Source of the DNA: Candidatus Bathyarchaeota archaeon
GTDB lineage: Archaea; Thermoproteota; Bathyarchaeia; Hecatellales; Hecatellaceae
Direction: 5' to 3'
DNA: 64,000 nucleotides
Assembly (NCBI GenBank): GCA_052246995.1
Contig: JBQPWD010000001.1
Span: 32,001 to 96,000, forward strand
This document shows positions 19,132 through 29,618 of the stretch, one piece after another (the first letter of the stretch is position 1; each line of letters starts with the position of its first letter). A program made the position numbers and the translations under genes. The notes under the pieces were generated by a model. The model searched no databases. It was given only the letters and a program-made list of their open reading frames with translations, and had not been told where the DNA came from.

Positions 19132-19692
19132 GTGAAATTTATGTCTTCAATTCTACCCTCGAGAACATCTCCATATGAAACTGCCAACATTCCAGGTCCC
19201 CAGATGGCTTTATCCCCAGATAAAGCTCCAACAGTCTTTGCCGCCATGGTTAAAAGAGCTAAAAATCCACTTTTAATAGTTGGAAAATATGTTTTAGAGG
19301 TTGAACTAGAAGGTAAAAAGCTGATAGATTACGCTATAGAAATATCTAAGAAAAAGAATATACCTATTGTTGCAACAACCAACACCCTTAAAGGCTTTAT
19401 TGAAAAAAACTACCCGGTTGTTGAAATGAGTTTAGTTGACATAGTTAACAGACTTCAAGACCCAAAATTTACAGTAACCCCTGCGAAGACACCACCACAC
19501 GACCTAGTTCTATTCCTAGGAATAACCTACCAGTTTGCATCTCAAGGGCTTTCAACATTAAAACATTTTGCACCACATCTAAGAACAGTAACTCTATGTA
19601 AATGGTACCATCCAAACGCGCATTGGAGCTTCCCAAACATGGATGATAAGGAATGGAAAAAAATGCTTGAGGAATTTATTCAAGCATTGTAA
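19132..19692 (+). CDS. cdhB: CODH/ACS complex epsilon subunit
   Basis: KRAKNPLLIVG, DLVLFLG, LSTLKHFAP, YHPNAHWSFPN. Confidence 0.96.
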   Translation: MKFMSSILPSRTSPYETANIPGPQMALSPDKAPTVFAAMVKRAKNPLLIVGKYVLEVELEGKKLIDYAIEISKKKNIPIVATTNTLKGFIEKNYPVVEMSLVDIVNRLQDPKFTVTPAKTPPHDLVLFLGITYQFASQGLSTLKHFAPHLRTVTLCKWYHPNAHWSFPNMDDKEWKKMLEEFIQAL

Positions 19693-19770
19693 CAAAAAAT
19701 ATTAAAACATCAAAACCAATAAAAAGGATAAGTATTTTCTAGACAAAAATGCGGGAAGGAATGAGTTACC

Positions 19771-21183
19771 ATGTCTGAGGAGAAATTTCCTGTTGAAGTT
19801 AGTCCTGTATACGAGGGTGAAAGGATAAGAAAGGAGGACATGTTTGTTGAGCTTGGAGGTCCGAATGTTCAACATAAGTGTGAACTTGTTCAAGCAAGGT
19901 CAGCAGAGGAAGTTGAGGATGGAAAAATTAGCGTTGTAGGACCAGACCTAAACCAGCTTAAAGAGGGTGAATCCTACCCCTATGGAGTTTTAGTTGAGGT
20001 TGCGGGGGCTCAAGTTGAAAAGGACCTTGAATCGGTTATTGAACGTCGTATTCATGACTTCTCAAACTACATTGAAGGATACATGCACCTAAACCAACGA
20101 TATGATATATGGTGTAGACTTAGCAAAAGAGCTTACGCTAAAGGTTTAAACTCTTTTAAGTGGATTGGTAAAGCATTAATAAGGTTATTTAAAGCTGAAC
20201 TTCCATTCATAGAAAAGATGCAAATAACCTTTTACACCGACCCTGAAAAAGTAAAAGAGCTTTATGATTTTGCTATCAAAGTTTACGAGGCTAGGGATGC
20301 TAGAACAAGAGGTATAAGAGATGAGGATGTAGATGTATTTTACAGCTGTGTTTTATGTCAATCTTTCGCTCCACAACATGTATGTATAATCGCCCCAAAC
20401 AGGGTTTCTCTTTGTGGTGCGATAAACTGGTTTGATGCTAGAGCTGCTGCAAGAGTAGACCCAAAGGGTCCAGTAATCCCTGTACAAAAAGGAGAATGTG
20501 TAGACTCTATAAGAGGAGAATATACTGGTGTAAACGAAATTGTTGAAAAAAGGTCTCTTGGGGCAAACAAACGTTTCTACCTTTACAGCGCATTTGGCTA
20601 CCCGCATACATCATGCGGATGCTTTGAAACAATAGCATTTTACATTCCCGAAGTTGAGGGTTTTGGATGTGTTGATAGAGGATTTAAGGGTCCAACAGTT
20701 AACGGTTTACCCTTCTCAACCATGGCAACCCAGGTTGGTGGAGGTATTCAAAGTCCAGGCTTCCTAGGTTTAGGTATAGAGTACTATAGGTCTCCAAAGT
20801 TTTTCCAGGCTGATGGTGGGTGGGCTAGAATAGCATGGATGGCTTCAACATTAAAAGGAAGAGTTAAGGATGCAATACCCTCAGAACTTGTAGATAAAAT
20901 TCCAACAGAAAAAGAAGTATCCTCAATAGAGGACCTTAAAAAGTTTCTTGTTGAGAAAGGCCACCCATTAGCCGAAATCATTAAAGCTAAGGAGGCTAAA
21001 GAAGTAAAAGTTGAAGTTGCTGAAGTAGCTGAAGCTGTAGCACCTGAAATTGCACCTGGAATTTCTGTAACAGGCTTACCTACACTAGGTATACCTACCG
21101 CCGGTGTTGGCGGAGGATTCCGTGTTACATTTAAGGGTGCAAAAATTAAGATAGACAAACTGGTTATAAAAAAGAAAGAGTAG
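19771..21183 (+). CDS. cdhC: Acetyl-CoA synthase beta subunit
   Basis: YEGERIRK, FYSCVLCQSFAPQHVC, PHTSCGCFE. Confidence 0.98.
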   Translation: MSEEKFPVEVSPVYEGERIRKEDMFVELGGPNVQHKCELVQARSAEEVEDGKISVVGPDLNQLKEGESYPYGVLVEVAGAQVEKDLESVIERRIHDFSNYIEGYMHLNQRYDIWCRLSKRAYAKGLNSFKWIGKALIRLFKAELPFIEKMQITFYTDPEKVKELYDFAIKVYEARDARTRGIRDEDVDVFYSCVLCQSFAPQHVCIIAPNRVSLCGAINWFDARAAARVDPKGPVIPVQKGECVDSIRGEYTGVNEIVEKRSLGANKRFYLYSAFGYPHTSCGCFETIAFYIPEVEGFGCVDRGFKGPTVNGLPFSTMATQVGGGIQSPGFLGLGIEYYRSPKFFQADGGWARIAWMASTLKGRVKDAIPSELVDKIPTEKEVSSIEDLKKFLVEKGHPLAEIIKAKEAKEVKVEVAEVAEAVAPEIAPGISVTGLPTLGIPTAGVGGGFRVTFKGAKIKIDKLVIKKKE

Positions 21184-21188
21184 TTAAG

Positions 21189-22448
21189 GTGATGCTTATG
21201 TCCTCCATGGAAAAAAAGAAGAAGGAAGAAGAAGGCATCTCAAGTGTTAGGGGGATAGGTGTTCAGGAGCTTCTAGCTTTACTAGACAAGGCTAAAACTC
21301 TTGAACTTGAAAATGTTGAAATTGTTGCTGAGGAGCTTACATTTGAACTTTTACCATTAGTTCTTCAAGCAGTTACACCCCCACCCCCTCCAACACCCCC
21401 TCCACCTGTTGAAAAACCTCTTAAACTTGAAGAAGTCATGTTTGAACCGCCAATTTTCACCTACACCAGTCAAATTGCTGAAGTTCAAATCGGTGCAACT
21501 GCAAACGAGGGTGGTACAAGGAAGAAGGTTATAAAGATTGGCGGAGAAAAATCTCCTGCGTTTTACAGGTTTGAAAATCCAACACCAAATCGGCCTGTTG
21601 TTGCTTTAGACGTTTTTGACGAACTTCCCCCACTACCAAAAACTATCAAGGACTACTATAAGGATGTTTTTAAAGACCATATTGCATGGATAAATAAGTG
21701 TATTGAAGAGTATAAAGCTGACCTTGTAACAGTGCATCTTGTAAGCACCGATCCATCTGGTACAAATACTCCTGCACCAAAAGCAGCAGAATTTATAGAT
21801 AAATTGCTGGATACTGTAGATTACCCATTTATTGTTGGAGGTTCAGGTGACCCTGAAAAGGATTTAAAAGTTTTTAATGAAGTTGGTAAGGTTGCTAAAG
21901 GTGAAAGAATAGTTTTAGCATCTGTAACTCTTGACATGGATCTACAGCAATCTGCAAAAATAGTTTCCGAGAATGGTTTAAATGTGATTGCTTTAGCTTT
22001 TCTAGACATAAACCAAGTTAAAGAGTTAAACAGTAAACTTATGGATTATGGTGTAAGTAAAAACAACCTTATCACCGACCCCTCAACGGGTGGACTTGGC
22101 TACGGGTTAGAATACACCTTCAGCATGATGGAAAGAATGAGACTTGCAGGGCTTATGGGCGACCCATCTATGCAATCTCCAATATCATGCGCAGCCACAA
22201 ATGGCTGGGCTGCCAGGGAAGCTTGGCTTAAAGTTGATGAATGGGGTCCAAGAGAGTATAGAGGACCAATATGGGAAGCAGTAACAGGGCTTTTAGGTTT
22301 GTTTGCAGGTGCAGACCTTTTCATGATGATGCATCCTCTTGCAGCTCAAATAGTTAAAAATACTGCTGAAATTCTGTCAAAACATAAAATTAAAGAGGAT
22401 ATTAAAGAGATTCCATATGAAAACTGGGTTAAAATGAAGATTTGGTAA
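21189..22448 (+). CDS. cdhD: Corrinoid Fe-S protein small (delta) subunit
   Basis: GGSGDPEKD, DPSTGGLGYGLEY, WAAREAW, GADLFMMMHP. Confidence 0.97.
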   Translation: MMLMSSMEKKKKEEEGISSVRGIGVQELLALLDKAKTLELENVEIVAEELTFELLPLVLQAVTPPPPPTPPPPVEKPLKLEEVMFEPPIFTYTSQIAEVQIGATANEGGTRKKVIKIGGEKSPAFYRFENPTPNRPVVALDVFDELPPLPKTIKDYYKDVFKDHIAWINKCIEEYKADLVTVHLVSTDPSGTNTPAPKAAEFIDKLLDTVDYPFIVGGSGDPEKDLKVFNEVGKVAKGERIVLASVTLDMDLQQSAKIVSENGLNVIALAFLDINQVKELNSKLMDYGVSKNNLITDPSTGGLGYGLEYTFSMMERMRLAGLMGDPSMQSPISCAATNGWAAREAWLKVDEWGPREYRGPIWEAVTGLLGLFAGADLFMMMHPLAAQIVKNTAEILSKHKIKEDIKEIPYENWVKMKIW

Positions 22449-22469
22449 GCTTAAGGGGGTGTATACGTT

Positions 22470-23888
22470 ATGCCCAAAATTCTCCGTCCACTAGATGTTT
22501 ACAAGTATCTTCCAGGAACAAACTGTGGTGAATGCGGTGAAGTTAACTGTATGGCTTTTGCAGCGAAACTTATTGAACGCCAAGTTTCTATTGAGAAATG
22601 TACTCCACTATTTAAGGAGCCAAAGTTTAAAGATAAACTTGAAGGTTTACTTCAAGTTATAAGGCCACCAGTAAAAGAGGTTGTTATTGGTGTTGGAGAT
22701 AGAGCTGTAACCGTTGGTGGTAAAGTTTGTGTTTACAGGCATGAGTTAACATGGTATTATCCAACAGCAATAGCTGTGGATGTTCATGATGAAGCAGCTG
22801 AAGACGAGCTTGTTAAAAGGGTTAAACAAGTTGAAGGATACGTTATTGAAAGAATAGGTCAAAAGCTTATGCTTAACATGATTGCTGTTAGATGTGTTTC
22901 AGAGAATGGTGAAAAGTTTGCAAGGGCTGTTAACATTATTTGTAAAAATACCAACCTGCCCTTAATACTATGTAGCTATAATCCTGATATAATGGAGGAA
23001 GCTTTAATAGTTGCTGGAGAAAAAAGACCTTTAATATATGCTGCAAACGAGAAAAACTGGAAGGATTTTGCCAAGCTTGCCTCAAAGTATAAATGTCCAC
23101 TTACAGTTTCAGCGCCTGGAAATCCTTCAATGTTAAAATCTATCTGCAGGTCTCTGAGAAACTATGGTTTAGACGACCTTATACTTGACCCTGGAACCTT
23201 TACTAAGGGTGATAGTTTTAATGAAACAATAAATAATTTTACAATGCTTAGAAGGGCTGCAATAGAAAAGGATGCTAAAGATGTAGGATACCCCTTACTA
23301 GGTATACCTGCAACAGTCTGGCTCAACCCTGAGGATGATGAAGTTTCAACAAAAATAAAAGAATCTTACTTGGCATGCGCGTTAATGGTTAGATATGCCG
23401 ATATCATTATTTTACACAGCATAGACCCATGGGTTTTACTTCCAATACTTGTATGTAGACAAAACCTTTACACCGACCCAAGAATTCCTCTCTCAGTTAA
23501 GCCTGGGTTGTACCCCGTTAAGGAGCCAACGGAGAATTCACCTGTATTTGTTACATGCAACTCAGCCTTAACATACTTCCTTGTTAGAAACGATGTTGAA
23601 AATGCTGGTGGCGGCTGGCTAGTTTCTGTTGACACTGGTGGAATTAGTCTACAATCTTCTGTTGCTGGTAGAAGGTTTACAGCTGAGATGGTGGCTAACA
23701 CAATGAAAGAAACCAATATAATGGATAAGGTTAAACATAAAACTGTAGTTATTGGGGGTTATGCTGCCAGAATAAGCGGTGAACTTGAAGAGCTTCTCCA
23801 GGGTTGGCGTGTTTACGTAGGTCCAAGAGATTCATCAGCCATACCCGAGTTTATCAAGAATGTTTGGTTAAAAGAGGTTAAAGGGTAA
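22470..23888 (+). CDS. cdhE: Corrinoid Fe-S protein large (gamma) subunit
   Basis: LPGTNCGECGEVNCMAFA, YRHE, YTDPR, VGPRDSS. Confidence 0.98.
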   Translation: MPKILRPLDVYKYLPGTNCGECGEVNCMAFAAKLIERQVSIEKCTPLFKEPKFKDKLEGLLQVIRPPVKEVVIGVGDRAVTVGGKVCVYRHELTWYYPTAIAVDVHDEAAEDELVKRVKQVEGYVIERIGQKLMLNMIAVRCVSENGEKFARAVNIICKNTNLPLILCSYNPDIMEEALIVAGEKRPLIYAANEKNWKDFAKLASKYKCPLTVSAPGNPSMLKSICRSLRNYGLDDLILDPGTFTKGDSFNETINNFTMLRRAAIEKDAKDVGYPLLGIPATVWLNPEDDEVSTKIKESYLACALMVRYADIIILHSIDPWVLLPILVCRQNLYTDPRIPLSVKPGLYPVKEPTENSPVFVTCNSALTYFLVRNDVENAGGGWLVSVDTGGISLQSSVAGRRFTAEMVANTMKETNIMDKVKHKTVVIGGYAARISGELEELLQGWRVYVGPRDSSAIPEFIKNVWLKEVKG

Positions 23889-24068
23889 AAGTTAAGTTTC
23901 AACAACACTTTCTTTACCCTCTATTAAGTCAATCGGTGGCATTTAAGCTTAAGACTACCTAAAACATGTTTTCATATTATGAGTTTCCCGGTAACATCAT
24001 AAACTTTCCAAAGAAAATTTTTATTTTTAAACTTTCAGCTTTAAGTGTTCTTATAGTTTTCAACTTAG

Positions 24069-24497
24069 TTAAACTTTAATTAAAGATTTAACCTTAACCT
24101 TTTGTCTATCTCTTTCTCCTTTCTCAATAATGCAAACTAAGCCGGAAACGTGAATATTCATTCTTTTAAGGAAATTTAAATCCTCTATAAGATGAGTTTT
24201 TGAATAGTCTACTATGTCCGTTACAACCAGAACATTTTTTTTCTCAATTGTTGAAAATCCTTCAACAGGCAAAACTTTATCTTCCTTAACTACTCTTAAC
24301 ACTGAAAATGTTTTTCCTAATTCATCAGCAACAACCAGCGCTAAGGTTAATCCCATAAAGTCTAAACCTACAACAACTTCAAAATCTTCAAACTCGCCAC
24401 GTGAAACTCCTTCTTTTGCTAGGTCTGCTAAAGCCCACCCAATAAGGCTTACTCTTCTTGTGCTTGAAATTAAGCTTGAAAGGTCAATACTATCCAT
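24069..24497 (-). CDS. Degenerate phosphoribosyltransferase-fold protein (PyrE-like/GfcR effector domain)
   Basis: IDLSSLISS, VVVG...GLTLALVVADELG, NVLVVTDIV (degenerate PRPP motif); follows nob1. Confidence 0.65.
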   Translation of the reverse strand: MDSIDLSSLISSTRRVSLIGWALADLAKEGVSRGEFEDFEVVVGLDFMGLTLALVVADELGKTFSVLRVVKEDKVLPVEGFSTIEKKNVLVVTDIVDYSKTHLIEDLNFLKRMNIHVSGLVCIIEKGERDRQKVKVKSLIKV

Positions 24498-24556
24498 GAT
24501 TTTTCATTCCACCACCAAATCTGCTATCTTTTTAAGATAAAACGAGTTTTTAAACC

Positions 24557-25075
24557 TTACCGTTGAGTTTTAACAGCTTTTCTTTTAAGCTGGGTTCCAC
24601 AAATAGGGCAAGACTTTAAACCTTCCTTTGATGGAAATAAACTTCTACAGGCTGGGCAGTACCATGCCCATTTGATGTAAAACTTTATTTTATCATGAAT
24701 TACAGGAATGCACTCTATGTTTAAATGTTGTGCAACATTCTGAACCGAAAAGTCATCAGTTACTATTGCTGGATCAAACCCTCCAGCTTTTAACTCTAAT
24801 GCTAAGGCTAAAATTGATAAGTCTGCTTCTGAAAGCTTCTGCTTATCTCCTGTTTCTTTTGATGCCTCAAAAACCTTTTTTAAAAAACCTTCTTTAGGAA
24901 GAATTACTTTAAGCTTTTTAAGATCCAAAACTGTTAAACATTTAACCTTAACCCAAAAACTTTTAAGTTCTTTAATAATGTTTGGGGTTGTATAAAGCGG
25001 TAAACATATGTTTAAGAGGTTTAACCCTGTGATAAATGCTGGAGTATCCAAAACTAGAACTTTTTCTTTACACAT
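24557..25075 (-). CDS. nob1: Nob1 rRNA-processing endonuclease
   Basis: VLDTPAFI, TGD..KLSEADLSILALALEL, TDDFSVQNVA, CPAC..CPICG. Confidence 0.95.
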   Translation of the reverse strand: MCKEKVLVLDTPAFITGLNLLNICLPLYTTPNIIKELKSFWVKVKCLTVLDLKKLKVILPKEGFLKKVFEASKETGDKQKLSEADLSILALALELKAGGFDPAIVTDDFSVQNVAQHLNIECIPVIHDKIKFYIKWAWYCPACRSLFPSKEGLKSCPICGTQLKRKAVKTQR

Positions 25076-25170
25076 CTGATACCATCCTGCTATATACTCA
25101 AGCTTTAAGTAAAAGTTTTTGTTCTTACTCTATCATATTGCTGAGTGAGGTTATGACTTAGGGTTGGACG

Positions 25171-25995
25171 TTGTTTAAAAAAGTTGTTATTGCCGGGAGA
25201 AGCGATATTGAAGACTCCATCAAACTTGCTGAAAAAATAGCTAAGTTTCTCTTAGAAAGAGGTTTAAATGTTACCTTTGAAGATGGTGTTGCCTCTAAGC
25301 TTGGTTTTAAAGGCGAGCCTTTAAACGCGGTTGAAGGAGATTTTGTAATAGCTATTGGTGGAGATGGAACTGTTTTAAGAATTCTTCATCGTATGCATAA
25401 CAAAATGCCCATTTTTACCGTTAAAATGGGCAGGATTGGATTTTTTGCTGAAACCACTCCGGAAAACGTTTTTACTGACCTAGAAAAAGTTTTAAATGGC
25501 AACTTTTTTTACGAAGAACATTTTTTACTTAAAACAAGCTTAAATTTACCTGAAGCTTTAAATGAAGTTCGCATTGGAACCCTAATACCTCAGCAAATGG
25601 TTGAAGTAAATGTCCTTGTTGACGAGTTTCAGATTGCAAAAGACAGAGTTGACGCTATTATTATCTCAACACCAGTAGGCTCCACAGCCTATGCCTTAAG
25701 TACAGGTGCAAGCATTGTCTGTCCTGGTGTTGAAGCTATAGTTATAACTCCAGTATGCCCCTTATCACCAAACTTTAAACCTTATGTTGTTCCATCAAAA
25801 AGTGTTATCACGGTAACACTTGAAAACGAAATAGATTACCTAATTTTAATCGATGGTCAAATAAAAAAGGAGTTTTCCGGTAGAAAGAAAATAAAAGTTT
25901 GGAGGTCGGAAGAAAAGATTAGCTTTATAAGAGTTAGAAAAAGCTTCTATGAAAGGCTTAAGAGAAGACTTAAAGCTTCTAGTGTAAATTTTTAG
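25171..25995 (+). CDS. nadK: NAD(+) kinase
   Basis: GGDGTVL, GRIGF, ALNE, STPVGSTAYALSTG. Confidence 0.95.
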   Translation: MFKKVVIAGRSDIEDSIKLAEKIAKFLLERGLNVTFEDGVASKLGFKGEPLNAVEGDFVIAIGGDGTVLRILHRMHNKMPIFTVKMGRIGFFAETTPENVFTDLEKVLNGNFFYEEHFLLKTSLNLPEALNEVRIGTLIPQQMVEVNVLVDEFQIAKDRVDAIIISTPVGSTAYALSTGASIVCPGVEAIVITPVCPLSPNFKPYVVPSKSVITVTLENEIDYLILIDGQIKKEFSGRKKIKVWRSEEKISFIRVRKSFYERLKRRLKASSVNF

Positions 25996-26089
25996 CCAAA
26001 ACTTTTTACGTTAACTTATACTAGACTTTCTTAAACCTTAACCTTTATTTAAAGTTAGAAACCTAATTTTTAGTTGGAGGCTGGTACGT

Positions 26090-26485
26090 GTGAGCAAACC
26101 TGTAGATATAGGTTCAATTAAAGAGGGACAATACATTATAATTGATAATGAACCTTGTAGGGTTGTTGAATACGAAAAATCTAAACCTGGAAAACATGGT
26201 TCAGCTAAAGCTAGAATTGTTGCCATAGGCTTATTTGACAACGTAAAAAGAAGCATCGTCAGCCCTGTAGATTCTAAAATAGATGTTCCTATAATTGAGA
26301 AAAAGTCTGGCCAAATTGTTTCTGTTACCCCTTCATCCATCCAACTTATGGACCTTGAAACCTATGAAATTTTTGAGGCAGCCCCACCAGCTGAGGAGGA
26401 TTTAAAAAATAAGCTTAAAAGTGGAGTTGAAGTTGAATACTGGAAAATTCTTGGAAGAATAAAAGTTGTTAGGGTTAAAGGTTAA
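26090..26485 (+). CDS. eif5a: Translation factor aIF5A
   Basis: KSKPGKHGSAKAR hypusine loop. Confidence 0.98.
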   Translation: MSKPVDIGSIKEGQYIIIDNEPCRVVEYEKSKPGKHGSAKARIVAIGLFDNVKRSIVSPVDSKIDVPIIEKKSGQIVSVTPSSIQLMDLETYEIFEAAPPAEEDLKNKLKSGVEVEYWKILGRIKVVRVKG

Positions 26486-26487
26486 GC

Positions 26488-27426
26488 ATGAACAATGTTT
26501 TAAAAAAAGAAACTATTTACCAGATGAACATCAAGCCAAACATGACTGTTTTAGAACTTGTCAACTCTATGGATTTATGTGGTGTTTTAGGTGCTGGTAA
26601 GGTTGCAAAAGCATCAAAAATTTTATTGGAAATGTTTACTGATAAAGATTACACAATATTTTTAGCTTTAGCCGGACCTGCGGTTGCTGGAGGTTTAAGA
26701 AGTATAATCTCAAGTCTTATAAGGAATAAGTTTGTTAACGCTATTGTTACCAATGGTGCAAATTTAACACATGATCTTATAGAAGCTTTAGGTTTTAAAC
26801 ATCTACGTGGAGAAGAGAATCCAGATGATTCCCGGCTAAGCTTTAAAGGTTTAGGTCGTATAAGAGATATCTATGTTGAAGAAGAGGCTTTTAAAGGCTT
26901 AGAAAAAGGTACTTATGCTATACTTGATAAGGTTGTGGAGAAGAAAAGTTACCCTGTTTATGAACTTTTAGAAAAAATAGGTCATCATGTTGGTGATGAA
27001 AACTCGATTATAGCCTCAGCCTCAAAAAATGGTATACCAATTTTTTCCCCTGGAATTTATGATTCAATGCTTGGTTTACATTTATGGATGTACAGTAAGC
27101 TTAAAGGTTTAAGTTTAGATTTTAATAAAGACATGGATAAAATGTACGACATCGTTTTTTCATCTAAGAAGATAGGTGCTATCATTCTTGGTGGAGGTAT
27201 TCCTAAGCATTTTACGTTGGGTGCAAGCATGGTTAAAGGTGGAGTTGACATTGCTATTCAAATAACAATGGATAGAGCTGAAGCTGGAAGCCTTTCAGGT
27301 GCACCCCTAGAGGAGGCTATTTCATGGAAGAAAGCTAAGGTTAAAGGTAAACTTGTAACGGTTATAGGTGATTTCACCATAATTTTTCCATTAATTGTGG
27401 CTTCAGCTTTATCCAGCTTACATTAA
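26488..27426 (+). CDS. dys: Deoxyhypusine synthase
   Basis: TNGANLTHD, GGGIPKH, GSLSGAPLEEAISWKK; directly after aIF5A. Confidence 0.96.
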   Translation: MNNVLKKETIYQMNIKPNMTVLELVNSMDLCGVLGAGKVAKASKILLEMFTDKDYTIFLALAGPAVAGGLRSIISSLIRNKFVNAIVTNGANLTHDLIEALGFKHLRGEENPDDSRLSFKGLGRIRDIYVEEEAFKGLEKGTYAILDKVVEKKSYPVYELLEKIGHHVGDENSIIASASKNGIPIFSPGIYDSMLGLHLWMYSKLKGLSLDFNKDMDKMYDIVFSSKKIGAIILGGGIPKHFTLGASMVKGGVDIAIQITMDRAEAGSLSGAPLEEAISWKKAKVKGKLVTVIGDFTIIFPLIVASALSSLH

Positions 27427-27485
27427 AAAGCTAAAGTTATATGTAGTACCTAAGTGTTAATATTAGCTTACTTATGTGACCTTGA

Positions 27486-28820
27486 ATGGTTTTAGAAAGG
27501 ATAGGCTTAACAATTCAGAATTCTCTTAAAAAGCTTCTTAAACTTACCATTGTTGATGAAGCCGCTGTTAGGGAGCTTATAAGGGATGTTCAGAGAACAC
27601 TTTTACAGTCTGATGTTAATGTACGTCTGGTTTTTGAGCTATCCAAAAGGCTTGAGGAAAGAGCTTTACATGAAAAACTTCCTCCAGGTTTTTCTAGAAA
27701 GGAACATATAGTAAAAATTCTCTATGAAGAGTTTACAAGGTTTCTTGGAGAAAAACCCGCAAAAATTCCTGTTGAACCTGGAAAAAGAAACGTTATGATG
27801 CTTGTTGGGATTCAAGGTTCAGGTAAAACAACTACAACAATTAAGATTGCAAGGTTTCTAAGAAAAAGAGGAGTAAAAGTTGCTGTTGTTTGTGCTGATA
27901 CCTATAGACCTGGCGCTTTTTCTCAGCTTAAACAACTTGCATCCCAAGCCGGAATCCCTGTTTATGGTGATGAAAATGTTAAAGATACCGTTAAACTTGC
28001 ACTAGATGGTGTTAAAAAGTTTAGTGAAGAAGGTTATGAAGCTATACTTGTGGATACTGCTGGAAGACATAAAGATGAGAAAAGCTTAATGGAAGAAATG
28101 AAAACTTTAGCGGAAGTAATGAAACCAGACCATATAATCCTTGTGATTGATGGAACGATAGGTCAACAGGCCATGACCCAGGCTGAAGCGTTTAATAATG
28201 CAACAAAGATAGGGTCGATTGTTGTAACAAAACTTGACGGTTCAGCTCGTGGTGGAGGAGCGCTTTCAGCTGTTGTTGCGACAAAAGCTCCAATAACCTT
28301 TATCGGTACTGGTGAGAAAATTGAGGATATAGAGCTTTTTGACCCTCCAAGGTTTGTTGGAAGATTACTTGGTATGGGTGACCTTAAAAGTTTACTTGAA
28401 AAAGCTAGTGAAGCTGAGTTAGCTGTGCCTGAAAAAAAGGTTAAAAGTATTTTAGCTGGAAAATTTACCCTTGAAGATCTTTACAATGAAATTGAAAGAG
28501 TTAGAAAGATTGGACCTTTAGGAAAAATTCTTAAAATGATTCCTGGCTTAAGTTTCCAACTAGAAGATTCTGTTTTAAAGGTTACTGAGGATAAAATGGA
28601 AGCATGGAAAGCAATAATTCAATCTATGACAAAAGAGGAACGTGAAAACCCAAAAATCTTAAATGCATCAAGAATTAGAAGAATTGCAAGAGGATCTGGA
28701 AGAAACGAAGCCGAAGTTAAGGAACTTATTAAGCAGTTTGAAGTAGCAAAAAAGACTTTAAAATCGTTAAGAAGACAGCTTCCAATTAAAATGTTTAAAA
28801 AAGATTCCTTTAATTTTTGA
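27486..28820 (+). CDS. srp54: Signal recognition particle protein SRP54
   Basis: GIQGSGKTTT, DTAGRH, TKLDGSARGGGALS, RLLGMGD, SRIRRIARGSG. Confidence 0.98.
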   Translation: MVLERIGLTIQNSLKKLLKLTIVDEAAVRELIRDVQRTLLQSDVNVRLVFELSKRLEERALHEKLPPGFSRKEHIVKILYEEFTRFLGEKPAKIPVEPGKRNVMMLVGIQGSGKTTTTIKIARFLRKRGVKVAVVCADTYRPGAFSQLKQLASQAGIPVYGDENVKDTVKLALDGVKKFSEEGYEAILVDTAGRHKDEKSLMEEMKTLAEVMKPDHIILVIDGTIGQQAMTQAEAFNNATKIGSIVVTKLDGSARGGGALSAVVATKAPITFIGTGEKIEDIELFDPPRFVGRLLGMGDLKSLLEKASEAELAVPEKKVKSILAGKFTLEDLYNEIERVRKIGPLGKILKMIPGLSFQLEDSVLKVTEDKMEAWKAIIQSMTKEERENPKILNASRIRRIARGSGRNEAEVKELIKQFEVAKKTLKSLRRQLPIKMFKKDSFNF

Positions 28821-28834
28821 GGAAAAACTTTAAG

Positions 28835-29323
28835 TTAAAGCTTGTAACCAATCTTTCTAAGAAATTCTTTTCTCTCCTTGATTTCCTTTTCACCTTCAAT
28901 ACCTTTACTTTTAAATCCATCAACTACCCCAATAATTCCTCTTCCTTGGCTTGTTTCCGCTATTAAAACCTGAACAGGATTTGCAGTTGCACAGAATATG
29001 CTGCAAACTTCTGGGACCTCCTTTAACTTTCCCAGCACATTAATTGGATATGCATTTTTTATGAAAATAATGAAACAATGTCCTGCTCCAATTTCAAATG
29101 CAGTTTTTCTTGCTAATTCACGTAACTCTTCATCATTTCCTTCATGTCTTACTAGACACGGGCCTGAGCTTTCACAGAAAGCTAATCCAAACCTTATAGT
29201 TGGAACACTGTTAACAAGTGTCTCATAAATGTCTTCCACCGTTTTTATAAAATGAGCTTGACCAATAATTACATTAACATCCTTAGGTACATCCACTTTA
29301 ACCAGCTTTAATTCTAAACTCAT
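28835..29323 (-). CDS. Adenosine-specific kinase / DUF355 family protein
   Basis: [48 protein letters not shown]. Confidence 0.92.
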   Translation of the reverse strand: MSLELKLVKVDVPKDVNVIIGQAHFIKTVEDIYETLVNSVPTIRFGLAFCESSGPCLVRHEGNDEELRELARKTAFEIGAGHCFIIFIKNAYPINVLGKLKEVPEVCSIFCATANPVQVLIAETSQGRGIIGVVDGFKSKGIEGEKEIKERKEFLRKIGYKL

Positions 29324-29618
29324 ATTTTACCACCATATTAGCAACTTAAAAGCTTTAACACATAATACTCTATATTTAAAAAACAGTAAATTGCTGTTAA
29401 ACTTAAATTTTTTAGGATAATTGTCATTTACTTTTTATCCTTTAATTGCATTCTAAGCTTATCTTAAAATATAGGTAGGCTCTAACCCCTAATTAAAGGG
29501 GTAACCCCGGTAGGTTAAGAATTCGAAAAATAAATTCTATAAACTTTGCCATATCACGGTGAAATATGCTTACTGACTATGGCAAATTTTTCACTGTATA
29601 CTGTATTTAGTTTAAAGT

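Noticed and set aside
21376-21410. C-rich stretch in cdhD
   Set aside because: Encodes a proline-rich linker (TPPPPPTPPPP)
23930-24010. Possible second C/D sRNA on the minus strand (ATGATGT...)
   Set aside because: C box is degenerate and there are no correctly spaced CTGA boxes
29470-29600. Cobalamin riboswitch resemblance (TAAAGGGG...CGGT...ACTGT)
   Set aside because: Core elements are not in the right order or spacing and no B12 gene lies downstream
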